From assembly GCA_964449815.1 (NCBI GenBank), contig CAYVGC010000007.1, positions 3,948 to 67,947 on the forward strand: a stretch of 64,000 bases of DNA, given 5' to 3'. The notes beneath the pieces are model-generated. The model saw only the letters and a program-made list of their open reading frames with translations. It did not search any database and had not been told where the DNA came from. Within the stretch, counting starts at the first letter, position 1. Each line of letters begins with the position of its first letter. This DNA comes from an uncultured Bifidobacteriaceae bacterium (GTDB taxonomy: Bacteria; Verrucomicrobiota; Verrucomicrobiia; Limisphaerales; UBA11358). Positions 18,015 to 26,999 of the stretch are shown one piece after another. A program made the position numbers and the translations under genes.

Positions 18015-19340
18015 ATGAACATGTCATTCCCAAAGCTCAGCCGCCTGGTTTTGCTGACCGCAGTTTTTGCCGCGTTGAATGCGGCCGGTCTGCCCGCCGC
18101 TGAATTCGAGGCCAAGCCGGACAACGCCTATTTTGCCAGGTTTGCGCCGGTGAAAGCGCCTGCGCCAACCGGCTTGCTGCTTCAGCCCGGCGACCGCCTG
18201 GCCATCATCGGCGATTCCATCACCGAGCAAAAAATGTATTCGCGCCTCATCGAAACTTATCTCATCGTCTGTGTGCCGGAACTCAAAATCACCGCGCGCC
18301 AGTTCGGCTGGAGCGGCGAGACCGCCGAGGGTTTTTTGCAGCGCATGACAAATGACTGCCTGCGCTTCCAGCCGACCGTTGCGACGCTGTGCTACGGCAT
18401 GAACGACCATCGCTACCGCGCCTACGACGAGCCGAATGGCCAGTGGTATAGCAACAATTACTCGGCGGTGGCGGCCTCATTAAAAGACTCCGGCGCGCGC
18501 GTCGTGCTGGGCTCGCCGGGCTGCGTTGGCAAAGTTCCGAGCTGGGTTGGCGACCAGAAAGCGTCCGTCGAAGATTTGAATTTAAACCTCTGCCACTTTC
18601 GGAACATTGACATTGAAATCGCCGCGAAGGAAAAAATCAATTTCGCAGACGTGTTCTGGCCCTTGTTCACCACCGGCTTCACCGCGCATCAAAAATACGG
18701 CGCGGACTACGCCGTGTCCGGCCATGACGGCGTGCATCCCGGCTGGGCCGGGCATTTGATCATGGCCTACGCGTTTCTGAAAGCGATGGGACTCGACGGC
18801 GACCTCGGCACGTTCACGGTGGATCTTGGATCAGGCGCGGCCACGGCAAGTTCCGGCCACACGGTGGACAGTTTTACCAACAACACCTTGACCGTCACGA
18901 GCAGCCGGTATCCATTCTGCGCCGCCGGGGCTGCGGACCAGGACAATTCCCTCCGTTCCGGCATGACGCTCGTGCCGTTCAACGCGGAATTGAACCGGCT
19001 CAAATTAGTCGTCACCGGCGGCGCCGCGCAAAATTATGCCGTGACGTGGGGTGATGAAACTCATGATTATTCCGCCGCGCAACTTGCCGCCGGCGTGAAT
19101 CTCGCGGAGGATTTTGCGGTGAACCCGTTTTCCGCCGCGTTCGCCAGAGTGGATGCCGCCGTCGCCGAAAAACAAAATTATGAAACGCGGCAGATCAAGG
19201 ATCTTTTCCACGGACCGGAAGGCAAGGCCGACGCCGACGCCACGGCAGCCTTGACCGAGAAAGCCCGCCGGCCGCTGGCGGATGCCATCGCCGCCGCATT
19301 TGTGCCGGTAACGCACGCAATCAAGATTCAGCCAAAATAA
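18015..19340 (+). CDS. Secreted SGNH/GDSL esterase
   Basis: Signal peptide, IIGDSITE, GWSGET, YGMND and DGVHPG. Confidence 0.88.
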   Translation: MNMSFPKLSRLVLLTAVFAALNAAGLPAAEFEAKPDNAYFARFAPVKAPAPTGLLLQPGDRLAIIGDSITEQKMYSRLIETYLIVCVPELKITARQFGWSGETAEGFLQRMTNDCLRFQPTVATLCYGMNDHRYRAYDEPNGQWYSNNYSAVAASLKDSGARVVLGSPGCVGKVPSWVGDQKASVEDLNLNLCHFRNIDIEIAAKEKINFADVFWPLFTTGFTAHQKYGADYAVSGHDGVHPGWAGHLIMAYAFLKAMGLDGDLGTFTVDLGSGAATASSGHTVDSFTNNTLTVTSSRYPFCAAGAADQDNSLRSGMTLVPFNAELNRLKLVVTGGAAQNYAVTWGDETHDYSAAQLAAGVNLAEDFAVNPFSAAFARVDAAVAEKQNYETRQIKDLFHGPEGKADADATAALTEKARRPLADAIAAAFVPVTHAIKIQPK

Positions 19341-19585
19341 AAAATCCCGGCTCGTGATTTCCAGGCAGGTGGACGCGCAGTTTTGAGGCGGACATTCTCG
19401 CGATTGTGTGGATGGCAACACCGGCAGGCACAGCAATCACGGCACCATCAACGAGAACGAGCCCGACAAAGCGTCTCCCTGCGTCCGTTTAACGGCGAGC
19501 ATCCGTCTCCGGCAAGCGGCGACACGACGATTCATAAATTTCGCCTTTTGCTTTCGCACGGCGCGCTTTAACTTGCACACTGCCA

Positions 19586-20998
19586 ATGGCCCTGAAACTG
19601 TTCAACACCTTGACGCGCTCCGTTCAGGAGTTCGCGCCGCTCGATCCCGCCGGCAAAAAAGTCGGGCTGTATTGCTGCGGCCCGACCGTCTATGACTTCG
19701 CCCACATCGGCAACTGGCGCACGTTTGTTTTCGCCGACCTCGTCCGCCGCACGCTCGAATTCTCCGGCTACGAGGTGAAGCACGTCATGAACATCACCGA
19801 CGTGGAGGACAAGATCATCAAGGGCGTGCGGGAACATAAAGTTTCGCTGCGCGAATTCACCGGCAAATTTGAAACCGCCTTTCTCGACGATTTGAAGGCG
19901 CTCGGCTGCCTTGAGCCGCATGTGAAACCGCGCGCCACGGAACACATTCCCGAAATCATCGCGCTCATTCAAAAACTCGTCGCGCGCCGCGTCGCCTACC
20001 AGGCGAACGACGGCTCGGTCTATTTTTCCATTGAGAAATATCGCGGCGGCGGCGGCAACTACGGCCAGCTGCAAAAATTGAATTTCGACGAAATGCGCAC
20101 CGGCAAACGCGTCTCCACCGATGAATACGAAAAGGAAGCCGTTGCCGACTTCGCGCTGTGGAAGGCGCGCGTGCCGGAGGACGGCGGCGTGTTCTGGCCG
20201 AGTCCGTTCGGCGAAGGCCGGCCCGGCTGGCACGTTGAATGTTCCGCCATGAGCCTTCAGGCGCTCGGCGAAAGCTTTGACCTGCATCTCGGCGGCGAGG
20301 ATTTGAAATTTCCGCATCACGAGGACGAAATCGCGCAGAGCGAAGGCGCGACCGGCAAGCCGTTTGTCAAATACTGGCTGCACGGCGCGCATCTTTTGCT
20401 TGAGGGCAAGAAGATGAGCAAGTCGCTTGGAAACTTTTTTACGCTGCGTGATCTGCTGGCGAAAGGTTTCACCGGCCGTGAAGTGCGCTACCTGCTGCTC
20501 ACGGCGCATTACCGCGAGACGTTCAACTTCACGCTCGAAGGTCTGGCCGGCGCGAAGACGGCGCTGGCGCGCATTGACGAATGTGTCGGCAAGCTGCGCG
20601 AAATAGAAAAAAGTGGGAGTTGGACTTCTGCTCCTCCCGACCCTGTTATTCTGAAAAAATTCTCGGACGCATTGGACGATGATCTCAATGTTTCAGCAGC
20701 TTGGGCCGCAGTTTTTGATTGGGTGCGAGAAATCAATCGGCGAACTGCGGCGGGCACCTTAACCACAAGTGAAGCCGCCACGGCTTTCGCAACTTGGGCA
20801 AATTTTAACAGAGTTCTTGGTTTGGAACTTCGTTATAGTGATAATTTGCCCGAAGAAATTATAGCCTTGGCGGAAGCGCGCACCGCGGCGAAGAAGGCCA
20901 GGGACTTCAAGCGCGCCGATGCCATCCGCAGTGAATTGAAAGCCAAAGGCTGGGTCATCGAAGACACGCCAAAGGGAGTTAAATTGAAAAAATTATGA
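19586..20998 (+). CDS. cysS: Cysteine--tRNA ligase
   Basis: YCCGPTVYD..HIGN, DFALWK, GRPGWHVECSAM, FPHHEDE and KMSKS. Confidence 0.97.
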   Translation: MALKLFNTLTRSVQEFAPLDPAGKKVGLYCCGPTVYDFAHIGNWRTFVFADLVRRTLEFSGYEVKHVMNITDVEDKIIKGVREHKVSLREFTGKFETAFLDDLKALGCLEPHVKPRATEHIPEIIALIQKLVARRVAYQANDGSVYFSIEKYRGGGGNYGQLQKLNFDEMRTGKRVSTDEYEKEAVADFALWKARVPEDGGVFWPSPFGEGRPGWHVECSAMSLQALGESFDLHLGGEDLKFPHHEDEIAQSEGATGKPFVKYWLHGAHLLLEGKKMSKSLGNFFTLRDLLAKGFTGREVRYLLLTAHYRETFNFTLEGLAGAKTALARIDECVGKLREIEKSGSWTSAPPDPVILKKFSDALDDDLNVSAAWAAVFDWVREINRRTAAGTLTTSEAATAFATWANFNRVLGLELRYSDNLPEEIIALAEARTAAKKARDFKRADAIRSELKAKGWVIEDTPKGVKLKKL

Positions 20999-21651
20999 AA
21001 CCAGGCGTGTTCATTTCATTCGAGGGATTGGAAGGCTGCGGCAAATCCACGCAGATTGAACTGCTCGCGCGGCAGTTGCACGCGATCGGCCATCGTGTGC
21101 GCACGTTGCGCGAGCCGGGCGGCACGCCCATCGGCGAGGAAATCCGCCACACGCTCAAGCACAGCGAAAACAATCACGCAATGACCGCCGAGGCCGAACT
21201 GCTCCTGATGAACGCCAGCCGCGCGCAGCTCGTCCGCGAGGTCATCCGCCCGGCGCTGGCCGCCGGCGAAGTCGTGGTGTGCGACCGTTTTTATGATTCC
21301 ACGACCGCGTATCAGGGCTACGGACGCCAACTGGATCTGGCGATGGTCAAGTCGGTCATAGCCATTGCCGTCGGAAACACGCGGCCGGATTTGACGCTGC
21401 TGCTCACCGTGACGCCGGAGATCAGCGAGTTTCGCCGCGCGATGCGCCAGTCCACCCTGCCGTTCATGCGCGACCGCATCGAGGAGGCCGACCGGAAATT
21501 TTTTGAGCGGGTGGACCGGGGCTTTGCCGCCATCGCCGCCGCCGAACCGCAGCGCGTGCGCGTGGTGGAAGCCTCCGCCTCGGTTGACGTCGTTTCCGCC
21601 CGGGTCTGGGAGCTGGTCCGGCCCGTCCTGCCCAAGATCGGGCGCTGGTGA
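20995..21651 (+). CDS. tmk: Thymidylate kinase
   Basis: FISFEGLEGCGKST, REPGGT and CDRFYDST.AYQG. Confidence 0.95.
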   Translation: MKPGVFISFEGLEGCGKSTQIELLARQLHAIGHRVRTLREPGGTPIGEEIRHTLKHSENNHAMTAEAELLLMNASRAQLVREVIRPALAAGEVVVCDRFYDSTTAYQGYGRQLDLAMVKSVIAIAVGNTRPDLTLLLTVTPEISEFRRAMRQSTLPFMRDRIEEADRKFFERVDRGFAAIAAAEPQRVRVVEASASVDVVSARVWELVRPVLPKIGRW

Positions 21652-21657
21652 TTTTGT

Positions 21658-22029
21658 TTGCCGGATTCAAAACGCAGGTTAAGTTTGCTGCAGACCATGA
21701 TCGAAACCACCATCAGCGAAATTGAGGCGAAAATCAGCGGCGCGGAATCCGTGAGCGCCGAGCGCAAGCAGGAATTGTTGCGGCTGCTCGGCACGTTGAA
21801 GACGGAAGTCGCCAAGCTCTCCCAAACCAACAGCGAACAGGCTGACAGCATCGCCGGGTTCGCCCAGCTTTCCGCGCACGAAGCCATGCGCGCCAAGCAA
21901 AACCCCCGGTTGCGCGAACTCTCGCTGCAAGGGCTGCGCTCATCCGTCGTAGACCTCGAACATTCACATCCGCGCCTGGCCCAGATCGTCAACAGCATCA
22001 GCAAGACGCTGTCGGACCTGGGGATTTGA
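21658..22029 (+). CDS. DUF4404-like small helical protein
   Basis: C-terminal E.SHP.LA.IVN.IS.TLSDLGI. Confidence 0.7.
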   Translation: MPDSKRRLSLLQTMIETTISEIEAKISGAESVSAERKQELLRLLGTLKTEVAKLSQTNSEQADSIAGFAQLSAHEAMRAKQNPRLRELSLQGLRSSVVDLEHSHPRLAQIVNSISKTLSDLGI

Positions 22030-22092
22030 TCTTCAACTTGTTCCTGTCGGTGTCATTCTCGATTGCGAGAACATGGGGACGAGGACGTGTTT

Positions 22093-22731
22093 TTAATCCG
22101 CGCGTGGTTCCAGCTTCGCAATCGCCGCCATGATTTCATCCGCGACCTGCTGGTAAATTTCCTTCAGCCGGGGTTTGTCACAGACTTTCGCCTCCGCGCG
22201 CAGCGTGGCAAAATCCAACGGCCGGCCGTATTTCACCATCACCCGGCGCGGCCGCGGAAATTTAATGTGCCGCCCGTAAGCCTCGAACGTCCCGAACACA
22301 CGCACCGGCACCACCGGCGCGGCGGATTTGATGACGGTCAGCCCGATGCCCGAACGCGCCGGCTGCAATTTGCCGTCCTTCGTCCGCGTGCCTTCGGGAA
22401 ACAAAATGATCGCGCCGCCGGCGAGCAGCCGGCCGAGAATCGCCTTCAAGCCGCGCGCGCCACCGCCCTCGCGGTCCACCGGCACGGAATTCCACGAACG
22501 CAACAGCGCGCCGATGCCGGGAAAGCGGAAAAGCGATTCGCGCGCCAGATAATTGATTTCGCGCTTCAAGCCCGCGCCGACCAGCGGCGGATCTAGAAAA
22601 CTGGCATGGTTCGAGGCGAGAATCACGCCGCCTGTCAGCGGCACGTTCTCCGCGCCGAAAACACGCCAGCGAAAACAGGCTGCGTAAGCCGCGCGAAATA
22701 AAATCCAGCCGATCCTGTAGCTCAAATTCAT
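22093..22731 (-). CDS. plsC: 1-acyl-sn-glycerol-3-phosphate acyltransferase
   Basis: NHASFLD and FPEGTRT. Confidence 0.9.
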   Translation of the reverse strand: MNLSYRIGWILFRAAYAACFRWRVFGAENVPLTGGVILASNHASFLDPPLVGAGLKREINYLARESLFRFPGIGALLRSWNSVPVDREGGGARGLKAILGRLLAGGAIILFPEGTRTKDGKLQPARSGIGLTVIKSAAPVVPVRVFGTFEAYGRHIKFPRPRRVMVKYGRPLDFATLRAEAKVCDKPRLKEIYQQVADEIMAAIAKLEPRAD

Positions 22732-22808
22732 TTTTCAACCACGAAGGCGTGAAACCACCATGGTTTAGAAAAGGAAAAATCCGCTGCGTGTCTTTGCTTC
22801 CTGGTGGT

Positions 22809-23474
22809 TCATTTTTTTGCCGGCAGCATTTTGTGGATTTCTTCCAGCAGCCGCTTGCTGGTCTGCTCCGAAGTCATGGCGGAGTTGTTGATGACCTTGG
22901 CTCCCAGCGCGATCATCAGCGGGGCGACCGCGCGCTGGCTGTCGCGCTGGTCGCGGGCGGCGAGATTTTCATTCACGCCGTCGGCGGCGCGGCGGGCGGA
23001 GCGCTCGGCCAGCGAGGCATCAAGGTAAAATTTGAAGTCCGTTTCTGGAAAAACATTTGTGCCGATGTCGCGGCCCTCCATCACGAGGTCGCCAAACTGA
23101 AGGCACTCGCGCTGTTTTTTCTTCATCCAGTCGCGGACCTTCGGCACGGCGGCGACGTGCGAGACGGCGGCGGCGGTCTCCGGCGTGCGGATTTCTTTTT
23201 CGGGAAAATACCCGTCCACCAGCAGATGCACCGCGCGCAGATGATTTTTCTCGACGCACTCCGTGGTCGTCTTCCATTTGCGGCAAAGCGCGGCGATGGC
23301 CTTGTCGTTGTCCACGTCCACCTTTTTCTGGAGGCAATACCACGCGAGCGTGCGATACATCGCGCCGGTGTCCACATAGACATAGCCGAGCGCCTTGGCC
23401 ACGAGCTTGGCATTCGTGCTCTTGCCGCTGGCGCTCGTGCCGTCAATGGCAATGACAATGGGCTGTTTTTTCAA
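22809..23474 (-). CDS. cmk: Cytidylate kinase
   Basis: IAIDGTSASGKST, DTGAMYR and MEGRDIGT.VFP. Confidence 0.95.
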   Translation of the reverse strand: MKKQPIVIAIDGTSASGKSTNAKLVAKALGYVYVDTGAMYRTLAWYCLQKKVDVDNDKAIAALCRKWKTTTECVEKNHLRAVHLLVDGYFPEKEIRTPETAAAVSHVAAVPKVRDWMKKKQRECLQFGDLVMEGRDIGTNVFPETDFKFYLDASLAERSARRAADGVNENLAARDQRDSQRAVAPLMIALGAKVINNSAMTSEQTSKRLLEEIHKMLPAKK

Positions 23475-23490
23475 AGCTTGATCCTTCTCG

Positions 23491-23508
23491 TAATCTTAAT
23501 CCTAATCC
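23491..23508. repeat. Hexamer array (taatcy)x3 at the aroA stop / cmk junction
   Basis: taatct taatcc taatcc; the aroA TAG (23502-23504) lies inside it. Confidence 0.6.
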
Positions 23509-24893
23509 GCAAACAAATCTTCGCCGCTCAATTGCCGCGTGCGCCGGCCGTTTTTAATCTCCCAGATCTCCGCGCCCAGGCCGTGCGGCGGCGGCGCGGC
23601 GAGCTTCTGGAAAAAATTCGGGAACGTCTTTTTAACGCAGGCGGGATTTTTAATTCTTATGCCGGGAACTTTCAATCCCAGAATCGCAAAGCACATCGCC
23701 ATGCGATGGTCGTTGTAAGTTTCAATCTCCGCGCCGTGCAGCGGCGACGGCCAGACCGTCAGCGTATCTCCCTTCTCGACCACTTTCGCGCCGCACTTGG
23801 TCAACTCCGTCCGCAACGCGACGACGCGCTCGCATTCTTGGACACGCAAGCGAGCTAAATCTGTAAAAAAAGTCGAATATGGTTCAGGTGACTTAACCAC
23901 GGTCGTTTTTGGAGGCGCGTCAAAGGGCTTCAAGACAATTGCAGTCATTATAGAATCACCTAAATCAGTCTTTCTCGAAAGTTTTTTCGGAAAACCAAAA
24001 TAGTCTGAAAATTTAGCGTCAATCTGCCAGCCGGAAGTTGGCCAATGCCTGACAATACATTGATTAATATCCGAATTCACACAAGCCAGCCAAACCAACC
24101 ATGCCGCACCCCAAAAATAACTTCCGCTGCTTGCATCCGGCTCGATTTGAAAAGTTCCGCCGTTTTTCGGAAACGCTTCTATCAATTTCGAAGTCATCAC
24201 CACATACGGTGATTCCTCCGCGTTCTCGCCGACGATTTCAATTTCCCAGCCGCCAATTTTGGAAGACAGCAGCAGCGCCGACGCAAACTGCGAGCTGTCT
24301 TCGATGCTGACCTTACAATGCTTCGTCGCAACCGACGTGAGGAGGCTCTGAACTTTTTTAGTTTGAGCCTCGTCACCTCGGCTGCCACCGCCAAAAATTC
24401 TCACCGGCAGCTTGTCGTTGCCCTTTTCCGATTCCACGCGATAGCCGAGTTCGCGCAGCGCCGAAAACAGCGCCGCCTGCGGACGTTCGTGCATCCGCGG
24501 CACGCCGTGCAGACGGTAAACACCGCTGCCCAGACACAGGAACGGGGCCAGAAACCGCGCCGCCGTGCCCGCATTGCCGACAAACAAATCCAGCGGCTGC
24601 GCCGCCGGGCCGCCGCGCGGCACCATGCCGCCCTTGCCATAGACCGTGATGGTGCGGTTGCAAGATTCTGCCGGATCGGTCTCCACATTCACCATGAAGC
24701 CAAGCTCTTGCAAACACTCGACCATGATTTGTGTGTCCTCGCTCCAGAGCGCGCCGCGCAAAATCGTCTCGCCGTCCGCCAGCGCGGCGAGAACCAGCGC
24801 GCGGTTCGTGATGCTTTTCGAGCCGGGCACGGTGATTTCCGCCTGCGCCGGCTTGTCCAGCGGCACAATTTCGATGAGGTCGGGAAGCGGCAT
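23502..24893 (-). CDS. aroA: 3-phosphoshikimate 1-carboxyvinyltransferase
   Basis: PGSKSITNR, GNAGTAARF, RMHERP, SSQFASALL and DHRMAM. Confidence 0.95.
   Translation of the reverse strand: MPLPDLIEIVPLDKPAQAEITVPGSKSITNRALVLAALADGETILRGALWSEDTQIMVECLQELGFMVNVETDPAESCNRTITVYGKGGMVPRGGPAAQPLDLFVGNAGTAARFLAPFLCLGSGVYRLHGVPRMHERPQAALFSALRELGYRVESEKGNDKLPVRIFGGGSRGDEAQTKKVQSLLTSVATKHCKVSIEDSSQFASALLLSSKIGGWEIEIVGENAEESPYVVMTSKLIEAFPKNGGTFQIEPDASSGSYFWGAAWLVWLACVNSDINQCIVRHWPTSGWQIDAKFSDYFGFPKKLSRKTDLGDSIMTAIVLKPFDAPPKTTVVKSPEPYSTFFTDLARLRVQECERVVALRTELTKCGAKVVEKGDTLTVWPSPLHGAEIETYNDHRMAMCFAILGLKVPGIRIKNPACVKKTFPNFFQKLAAPPPHGLGAEIWEIKNGRRTRQLSGEDLFAD
24325..24388. repeat. REP-like inverted repeat inserted in frame in aroA
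   Basis: gcaaccgacgtgaggaggctc / gagcctcgtcacctcggctgc, translated as GGSRGDEAQTKKVQSLLTSVAT. Confidence 0.85.
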
Positions 24894-24900
24894 CGGAAAA

Positions 24901-25785
24901 TTATTCCGGCGAGGTTGAAGCCAAACAGGCGCACCAGTTGTCGCGCCGCTGCCTGGCCGTCTTGAAAAAAAATTCCACGGCCTCGGCGTCGTTTTGTTTG
25001 AGCGCGGACTGGAATTCTTTCAAATCATTCATAAACGCATCAACGGCGCGGGAGAGGTTTTTGCGGTTGGCCAGCGCGATGTCGCGCCACATCTCCGGCG
25101 AGCCGGACGCGATGCGCGTCGCGTCGCGGAAACCGGTCGCGCACAAACCGGCCTGGGTTTGCGGATTCGCCGGATGCAAAACCAGGTTCGTCAATGCGGC
25201 CGAGACGACGTGCGGCAGGTGGCTGGAACGGCTGACGAGCAGATCGTGTTGCGCCGCATCCAGCCGCCGCGTCCGCGCACCAAGTGATTTCCAAAACTGC
25301 TCCAGCTCGCGAATGGCGTTCGGATTGGATTTTTTCGTCGGCGTGACAACGCAGACCGCATTTGCATACAGGTCCGCCCTGGCCGCCCGCACGCCCATTT
25401 TTTCGCCGCCCGCCATTGGATGGCTGCCGACAAAATGCGCGCCGGATTTTCGGACGAGCGATTCCAGTTCGCGCACCACATCGGCCTTCACGCTGCCGAC
25501 ATCGGTGACAATCGCGCCAGCTTTTAGCGCGGGCAAAAATTGCTGCACGAGCGGCCGCATCTGCGCGAGCGGCGTGCAAAGGATGACAAGGTCGGCGTTG
25601 GAAACTGCTGCAAGCAGATCGGTCGTGGCATAATCCACCGCGCCAGCCTGCTCGCAGTCCTTCAAACTGGCCGCGCGCCGGACGAAACCGGCGACTTCGC
25701 GCGCGAGCTTTCGGCGTTTGACGGCCAGCCCGATGGAGCCGCCGAGCAGGCCGACGCCGATGATGGTGATTTTCCGAAATTGCAC
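24901..25785 (-). CDS. tyrA: Prephenate dehydrogenase
   Basis: GVGLLGGS, DVGSVK, HPMAG, SHLPH and TRIASGSPEMWRDI. Confidence 0.93.
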   Translation of the reverse strand: MQFRKITIIGVGLLGGSIGLAVKRRKLAREVAGFVRRAASLKDCEQAGAVDYATTDLLAAVSNADLVILCTPLAQMRPLVQQFLPALKAGAIVTDVGSVKADVVRELESLVRKSGAHFVGSHPMAGGEKMGVRAARADLYANAVCVVTPTKKSNPNAIRELEQFWKSLGARTRRLDAAQHDLLVSRSSHLPHVVSAALTNLVLHPANPQTQAGLCATGFRDATRIASGSPEMWRDIALANRKNLSRAVDAFMNDLKEFQSALKQNDAEAVEFFFKTARQRRDNWCACLASTSPE

Positions 25786-25881
25786 GGGCGGGAAGATAGC
25801 GAATGAAAGTTCATTCGTGAACCGTTAAATCATGAACCGTGAAACCGGCTTGCAACCGCTCCGAAACGGCGTTTTAGCGGC

Positions 25882-26958
25882 TCACAATTTCACGGGGCCG
25901 CCGCGCCGCGCGGCTTTGTGGCAGGCATCCAGAACTTTCTGGGTTTTCAGCGACCACATCGGCCAGTCGTCGTTCAGACTGCCGGAGAAAACCTGGTCCG
26001 CAAAATTGCGCCACATCCGCGCGTCCTGCGCCGTCGCGTGGCCCGGTCTCGCAGCGTCGGCGCCCGGCGGACATTTTACCTTGGCCTCGCAGCGGATCAT
26101 TTTTGCGTTCACCTCGAACACCGGCTCGTAGCTGTCAAACGGATGCACGAAATCCGGCAGGAGCAGCCAGCCTTTTTGTCCGCTGACGTGAACCCATTGC
26201 TGGCCGGCGGCGAGGAATGAAGCGTAAAATTCCACGGAAACACCGCCGGCATAAAACAGTTCGGCGGAAAATTCCGTCGGCGAGGACGGACGATTCGGCA
26301 GCTTCTCGGACTGTGAAAGAATCCGGCCGGTGACTTCGCGCGGCAGCTGCCAGTTCATCGTCCACAGCGCGAAGCGGATGCAATACCAGCCGAGATCGCC
26401 AAGGCTGCCGGCCGGTTCGAGAGCGCCGTTCGCGCGGATGTTGGTGTTGAAAAATTCTTCGCCGGGATAAAAGGTGAACGCGGAAGCGATGCGGCGGATC
26501 GCACCGACGCTTTTGTCGTCGTCCAGGATTTGGCGGACGCGCGCGAGGCGCGGGCTGTGCATGAACATCACGCCGTCCATCAACTGCACGGAATTCTTCT
26601 TGCACGCCGCGAGCATTGCCTCGAGCTCGGCGGTGCTGGCCGCGCAGGGTTTTTCGCAGACGACGTGCTTGCCCGCCGCGGCGGCGCGGAGCACAAATTC
26701 TTTCCGCAGGGCGGTTGGCAGCGGGATGTAAATCGCGTCAATTTCCGGCGACACGATCAATTCCTCGTAGCTGCCCAGCGCGGCGGGAACGCGGCCGAAG
26801 GGATTTTCCGCCTGACATTCACGGATATATTTGCGGCTTTTCTGCAAGTCGCGGCTGGCGACGGCGGCGACGACGCAGTTGCCGGAATTTAAGATAGCCT
26901 TCCAGTTTTTCCTGCCGATGCCGGCGGTGCTTAAGAATCCAATCCGTAGTTTTTTCAT
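25882..26958 (-). CDS. Gfo/Idh/MocA family oxidoreductase
   Basis: RIGFLSTAGIG, HVVCEKP and GSLGDLGWY. Confidence 0.9.
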   Translation of the reverse strand: MKKLRIGFLSTAGIGRKNWKAILNSGNCVVAAVASRDLQKSRKYIRECQAENPFGRVPAALGSYEELIVSPEIDAIYIPLPTALRKEFVLRAAAAGKHVVCEKPCAASTAELEAMLAACKKNSVQLMDGVMFMHSPRLARVRQILDDDKSVGAIRRIASAFTFYPGEEFFNTNIRANGALEPAGSLGDLGWYCIRFALWTMNWQLPREVTGRILSQSEKLPNRPSSPTEFSAELFYAGGVSVEFYASFLAAGQQWVHVSGQKGWLLLPDFVHPFDSYEPVFEVNAKMIRCEAKVKCPPGADAARPGHATAQDARMWRNFADQVFSGSLNDDWPMWSLKTQKVLDACHKAARRGGPVKL

Positions 26959-26999
26959 AATTTCAATTGCTGGTGACGGTGTGAGACATCTCCAACTTT

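Noticed and set aside
19341-19585. T-box riboswitch upstream of cysS
   Set aside because: No T-box consensus (UGGNACC antiterminator bulge) or terminator seen.
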